This document shows, in pieces, positions 9,277 to 12,787 of a stretch of DNA of 12,787 nt. A program made the translations under genes and the position numbers. Where the stretch lies: the IMG/VR virus record IMGVR_UViG_2693429748_000014. The stretch is one strand, 5' to 3'. Within the stretch, counting starts at the first letter, position 1, and each line of letters begins with the position of its first letter. The stretch comes from a virus. Taxonomy: Duplodnaviria; Heunggongvirae; Uroviricota; Caudoviricetes. The notes under the pieces are model-generated. The model was given only the letters and a program-made list of their open reading frames with translations. It had not been told where the DNA came from and made no database searches.

Positions 9277-9281
9277 AAATT

Positions 9282-9301
9282 AAGGCCCGATATCGGGCCT
9301 T
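9282..9301. terminator. palindromic hairpin / bidirectional terminator between convergent tfa genes
   Basis: AAGGCCCGATATCGGGCCTT is a perfect 20-bp palindrome with A/T-rich flanks on both sides. Confidence 0.5.
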
Positions 9302-9304
9302 GTT

Positions 9305-9838
9305 TCATTCTGGTTGTTCGGGAAACGTTACTGGCAGGCTGGAGGTGTCTGTGGATTCGACCTTCTGCGCATAGAGCATCCACTCGGTTAATTTTTGTTT
9401 ATTCTCGTCGGAAATAATGCCCAGCCGTAGCTGTGAGTCCCATAGCTGGGTTTTATCCCTGACGAGCTGTAGCAGGCTTTGCTTTTCATTTTCCGCTTGT
9501 TGCCTCTGCTCTTCCCCGGTATAAGTTCGCTTTATCACTACGCCATCTTTGAACATCCATTTACCTGAAATATCAGCCCGGCGATTTGCTGTAATATCAG
9601 GAACCTCAACGACGCTTGCGCCTTCCGGATTAATTGCTGAAACATCCTTTTCAATACAAATAATAACGCCGTTGTGGTCATAGACCATTTTCAACGTATC
9701 AGGCTGAAAGTTCTTTTGTTCCTCATACCAGTTTTTCCCATCCTCTGTATAAAGCCATTTGATGTTAAATTGTTTCGTTAGCTGGTATTGCTCTTTTGTT
9801 TCAGGATTACCAGCAGAAATGTTTTTTAAGTGCATCAT
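9305..9838 (-). CDS. tail fibre assembly chaperone, second paralogue (Tfa')
   Basis: Starts MMHLKNISAG; N-terminal two-thirds closely similar to the plus-strand chaperone while the C-terminus diverges, as expected for cognate chaperones of alternative fibres. Confidence 0.8.
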   Translation of the reverse strand: MMHLKNISAGNPETKEQYQLTKQFNIKWLYTEDGKNWYEEQKNFQPDTLKMVYDHNGVIICIEKDVSAINPEGASVVEVPDITANRRADISGKWMFKDGVVIKRTYTGEEQRQQAENEKQSLLQLVRDKTQLWDSQLRLGIISDENKQKLTEWMLYAQKVESTDTSSLPVTFPEQPE

Positions 9839-9840
9839 CG

Positions 9841-10197
9841 TTAAATACTCCCCGCGTTATACCACGTCCCATTAATGCAATACTGAATTGGCCTTGCCTG
9901 AGTTGTATCAATTAGTTCATCTCTGTTTGAGTTAACGGAACCGGTAACAACATAACCTGACCTGTCAGACCATCCGGGACCATTCCATGTCTGAACAGAT
10001 AACAGACCACCAAGGCGAATACCTGTAATAAACCTTGAGTTACATTCTGCCTGCGTATATGCACCAACATCTCCCGCAGAGGGTTTGCGGGTTGTGGTGT
10101 AAAACTCTGAGGTGTACTGGCAATAGCGGACACTACCATTTGTTCTTTTTTTAAGCAGCCATCTGATGATATTTTTCCCTGAAGGCTGAAGGCTATT
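9841..10197 (-). pseudogene. truncated alternative tail-fibre C-terminal cassette (Sv' remnant), about 118 codons with no start codon
   Basis: Hand translation of the minus strand gives ...RLGGLLSVQTWNGPGWSDRSGYVVTGSVNSNRDELIDTTQARPIQYCINGTWYNAGSI*, homologous to the C-terminus of the plus cassette (SGYVLTG ... [11 protein letters not shown]). Stop TAA at 9843-9841, 2 nt before the Tfa' start. Frame closed upstream by TGA at 10200-10198, where GC content drops. Confidence 0.55.
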
Positions 10198-10250
10198 TCA
10201 ATATCGCTATGCTGCGGCAGCATTTAACCCCTTGTAATTCATCGCCATAA

Positions 10251-10279
10251 TTGATTTAATTCACAAATAAAACTATAAT
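10251..10279 (+). promoter_or_regulatory. predicted sigma70 promoter TTGATT-N17-TATAAT for the methyltransferase gene
   Basis: Hexamers at 10251-10256 and 10274-10279 with 17-bp spacer in an AT-rich region just upstream of the ORF. The predicted transcription start would leave a very short leader. Confidence 0.35.
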
Positions 10280-10291
10280 ATGGTGAAATTA

Positions 10292-10948
10292 ATGAAAAAA
10301 AACACAGATGATGGGGCTAAAATTTACACACCACTTACCCTAAAGCTTTATGACTGGTGGGTTTTGGGAGTATCAAATCGGCTTGCATGGGGATGTCCTA
10401 CAAAGGAACACCTTCTTCCACACTTTCTGGAACATTTAGGTAACAACCATCTGGATATTGGTGTTGGAACTGGGTTTTACCTTACTCACGTACCTGAGAG
10501 TAGTCTGATATCTTTAATGGATTTGAACGAAGCTAGCCTGAACGCGGCATCTACAAGGGCTGGGGAATCAAAAATTAAACATAAAATTAGCCATGATGTT
10601 TTTGAACCTTATCCCGCGGCGTTACATGGTCAATTTGATTCCATTTCCATGTTTTACCTTCTTCACTGCCTGCCTGGAAATATATCTACAAAAAGCTGTG
10701 TAATACGCAATGCGGCGCAGGCCTTAACTGATGATGGAACTCTATACGGAGCCACAATTCTTGGCGATGGAGTTGTGCACAATAGCTTCGGTCAAAAACT
10801 GATGCGCATTTACAATCAGAAAGGCATCTTTTCAAACACAAAAGATTCCGAAGAAGGCTTAACACATATACTCTCAGAGCATTTCGAGAATGTTAAAACC
10901 AGGGTTCAAGGTACTGTAGTAATGTTTTCCGCTTCAGGGAAAAAATAG
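10292..10948 (+). CDS. class I SAM-dependent methyltransferase (cargo / moron gene)
   Basis: Motif I-like LDIGVGTGFY, acidic residue after the second strand (LMDLNEASL) and later FDSISMFYLLHCLPG / LTDDGTLYGATILGDG motifs, consistent with the Rossmann methyltransferase fold. Clearly lower GC than the flanks. Start at ATG 10292 (GGTGA RBS) preferred; ATG 10280 possible. Confidence 0.65.
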   Translation: MKKNTDDGAKIYTPLTLKLYDWWVLGVSNRLAWGCPTKEHLLPHFLEHLGNNHLDIGVGTGFYLTHVPESSLISLMDLNEASLNAASTRAGESKIKHKISHDVFEPYPAALHGQFDSISMFYLLHCLPGNISTKSCVIRNAAQALTDDGTLYGATILGDGVVHNSFGQKLMRIYNQKGIFSNTKDSEEGLTHILSEHFENVKTRVQGTVVMFSASGKK

Positions 10949-10955
10949 CATCCAA

Positions 10956-10988
10956 CCGCAGCACGTTCTTGCTTAAGACGTGCTGCGG
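10956..10988. other. stem-loop after the methyltransferase gene (CCGCAGCACGT ... ACGTGCTGCGG)
   Basis: 11-bp perfect inverted repeat 8 nt after the stop codon; no T-run follows on the plus strand, so terminator function is uncertain. Confidence 0.3.
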
Positions 10989-11146
10989 CATAATCCCAAT
11001 GATTACTCCCTGACAGGGTTCGTAGGCCACTCAATATCAGGTGCAGTTGATGTATCAACACGGTTCAGCAACACCCGATACTTTTTCTAGGCTTCCACCA
11101 CCAGCACGACAAGATGCCGCATACAGTGACCCAGTCAGTCCAGTTT

Positions 11147-11329
11147 TCAGACAACCAGTGCGTCACCTTTTTGAAGGCGCTTTAAAGCACGTTTTAATCC
11201 AGGTCGGCCTGTCCTTGTTCCGCTTAATTTATCTTCAAATATTTGTTCATATCCTGCACAAACAAGAGCGTTTCGTTGCAGGTCTGTATTCTGGTCATTT
11301 GTTGATACCCTTACATAGCCAATCAGCAC
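11147..11329 (-). pseudogene. 5' fragment of a second Gin/Pin-family invertase gene (about 60 N-terminal codons), truncated
   Basis: Encodes VLIGYVRVSTNDQNTDLQRNALVCAGYEQIFEDKLSGTRTGRPGLKRALKRLQKGDALVV then a stop; 4 amino-acid differences from the intact copy. Homology to the intact gene ends near 11139. Confidence 0.7.
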
Positions 11330-11383
11330 GCTGAATCTCCCGTCCAAAAGCGCAAATCATGCCATGCAGGCCGGAAACGGCCA

Positions 11384-11409
11384 TTATCTAAAACCTCGGT
11401 TTACAGGAA
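11384..11409. promoter_or_regulatory. second copy of the 26-bp gix-like crossover site, in direct orientation to the first
   Basis: Identical sequence TTATCTAAAACCTCGGTTTACAGGAA, 3673 bp downstream of the first copy. Confidence 0.65.
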
Positions 11410-11433
11410 ACGGTAAACAAGGCTGGTAACGCC

Positions 11434-12420
11434 GTGCAAAAAAATGGCGATACGTTGTCCGGTGGACTTACTTTTGAAAACGACTCAATCCTTGCCTGGA
11501 TTCGAAATACTGACTGGGCAAAGATTGGGTTTAAAAATAATTCGGATGCAGACACCGATTCCTACATGTGGTTTGAAACAGGCAACAACGGCAATGAATA
11601 TTTCAAATGGAGACACCGCATCATTGGCACCCGGCCTAAAGACCTGATGAATCTTAAATGGAATGCTTTGTCTGTTCTTGTTGAAGCCCTTTTCAGCAGT
11701 GAAGTGAAAATATCGACAGTCAATGCACTGAGGATATTTAATTCATCTTTTGGTGCCATTTTTCGTCGTTCTGAAGAATGCCTGCATATCATCCCTACAC
11801 GAGAGAATGAAGGGGAAAATGGTAATATAGGGCCACTACGCCCCTTTACGCTTAATCTCAGAACTGGCCGGATAAGCATGGGGCATGGTCTTGATGTTAC
11901 AGGGGATATATTTGCAAACCGTTTTGCAATTAACAGTAGTACCGGCATGTGGATTCATATGCGTGACCAGAATGTTATTTTGGGACGTAATGCGGTATCC
12001 ACTGATGGTGCTCAGGCTTTGCTCCGTCAGGACCATGCCGACCGCAAATTTATGATTGGCGGTCTGGGAAATAAGCAATTTGGCATCTACATGATTAATA
12101 ACTCAAGGACAGCCAATGGCACCGATGGTCAGGCGTACATGGATAATAACGGGAACTGGCTTTGCGGCTCGCAAGTTATTCCCGGCAACTATGGCAATTT
12201 TGATTCCAGATATGTGAAAGATGTTCGACTTGGTTCACAGCAATATTATGGAGTGAACAACTGGCAAACATGGAATTTTCAGTGCCCGTCAGGCTATGTA
12301 CTGACGGGGATTAACGTACAGGATACCGGAAAAAACTCTGCCGATAATATTGCAGGCGTTCATTACAGGCCAGTGCAAAAGTATATAAATGGCACTTGGT
12401 ATAATGTGGCGAGTATTTAA
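11434..12420 (+). CDS. tail fibre C-terminal variable cassette, second copy (identical to 7761..8747)
   Basis: ORF-track translation is identical to the first copy. Confidence 0.7.
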   Translation: MQKNGDTLSGGLTFENDSILAWIRNTDWAKIGFKNNSDADTDSYMWFETGNNGNEYFKWRHRIIGTRPKDLMNLKWNALSVLVEALFSSEVKISTVNALRIFNSSFGAIFRRSEECLHIIPTRENEGENGNIGPLRPFTLNLRTGRISMGHGLDVTGDIFANRFAINSSTGMWIHMRDQNVILGRNAVSTDGAQALLRQDHADRKFMIGGLGNKQFGIYMINNSRTANGTDGQAYMDNNGNWLCGSQVIPGNYGNFDSRYVKDVRLGSQQYYGVNNWQTWNFQCPSGYVLTGINVQDTGKNSADNIAGVHYRPVQKYINGTWYNVASI

Positions 12421-12421
12421 T

Positions 12422-12787
12422 ATGATGCACTTAAAGAACATAAAAGCAGGTAATGCTAAAACAGTGGAGCAGTATGAGTTAACAAAGAAGCACGGAGTCA
12501 TCTGGCTTTACTCTGAGGACGGAAAAAACTGGTATGAGGAAGTGAAGAACTTTCAGCCAGACACAATAAAGATTGTTTACGATGCAAATAATATTATTGT
12601 CGCCATCACCAAAGATGCCTCCACGCTTAACCCTGAAGGTTATAGCGTCGTTGAGGTTCCTGATATTACAGCTAATCGTCGTGCTGATGATTCCGGTAAG
12701 TGGATGTTTAAGGACGGAGCTGTGGTTAAACGGATTTATACGGCTGACGAACAGCAACAACAGGCCGAATCACAAAAGGCCGCATTG
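12422..12787 (+). CDS. tail fibre assembly chaperone, second copy, 3'-truncated by the window end
   Basis: Same [10 protein letters not shown] start and sequence as 8749..9276 at offset +3673; runs off the window. Confidence 0.7.
   Translation, partial: MMHLKNIKAGNAKTVEQYELTKKHGVIWLYSEDGKNWYEEVKNFQPDTIKIVYDANNIIVAITKDASTLNPEGYSVVEVPDITANRRADDSGKWMFKDGAVVKRIYTADEQQQQAESQKAAL

Larger units (their letters stand above)
11139..12787 (+). repeat. direct repeat, copy B (continues beyond the window end)
   Basis: See copy A. Confidence 0.85.

Noticed and set aside
9912-10223. 103-aa minus-strand ORF in the fibre cassette remnant region
   Set aside because: It is in the wrong frame relative to the stop adjacent to tfa'; its product is low-complexity, whereas the alternative frame gives a clear tail-fibre C-terminus.
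10215-10245. Possible second crossover site near the alternative cassette boundary (GCATTTAACCCCTTGTAATTC)
   Set aside because: It matches the 26-bp site consensus only at AACC and lacks the GGTTT half; too weak to call.
1-12787. CRISPR arrays, tRNA or rRNA genes, insertion-sequence transposases
   Set aside because: No short regularly spaced repeats, cloverleaf-like segments or transposase-like ORFs were seen; the only long repeat is the 3673-bp-period duplication described above.

Overview
This window is a P2-family (Myoviridae-type) contractile-tail module joined to a Gin/Pin/Cin-type DNA-invertase tail-fibre switching region. All calls rest on my reading of the translated ORFs and recalled family knowledge; no searches were run. 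Left to right: gpD-like tail protein (minus strand), then tail sheath FI, tail tube FII, chaperone E with its -1 frameshift extension E', tape measure T and tail protein U on the plus strand. Next come a serine invertase (minus), a 26-bp gix-like crossover site, a tail-fibre C-terminal cassette with its assembly chaperone (plus), and a convergent second chaperone with a truncated alternative fibre cassette (minus). An AT-rich island carrying a class I SAM-dependent methyltransferase follows, then a second copy of the invertase 5' fragment, crossover site, fibre cassette and chaperone that runs off the window end. The most notable points are: no constant fibre N-terminal part or partner crossover site is present, so both fibre cassettes look silent or orphaned; the FI-to-U block is inverted relative to D and the fibre/invertase region compared with canonical P2 order; and the methyltransferase island sits exactly where the second crossover site should be. 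No rRNA, tRNA or CRISPR array was seen. I did not find a clearly novel system beyond these rearrangements and the cargo gene.
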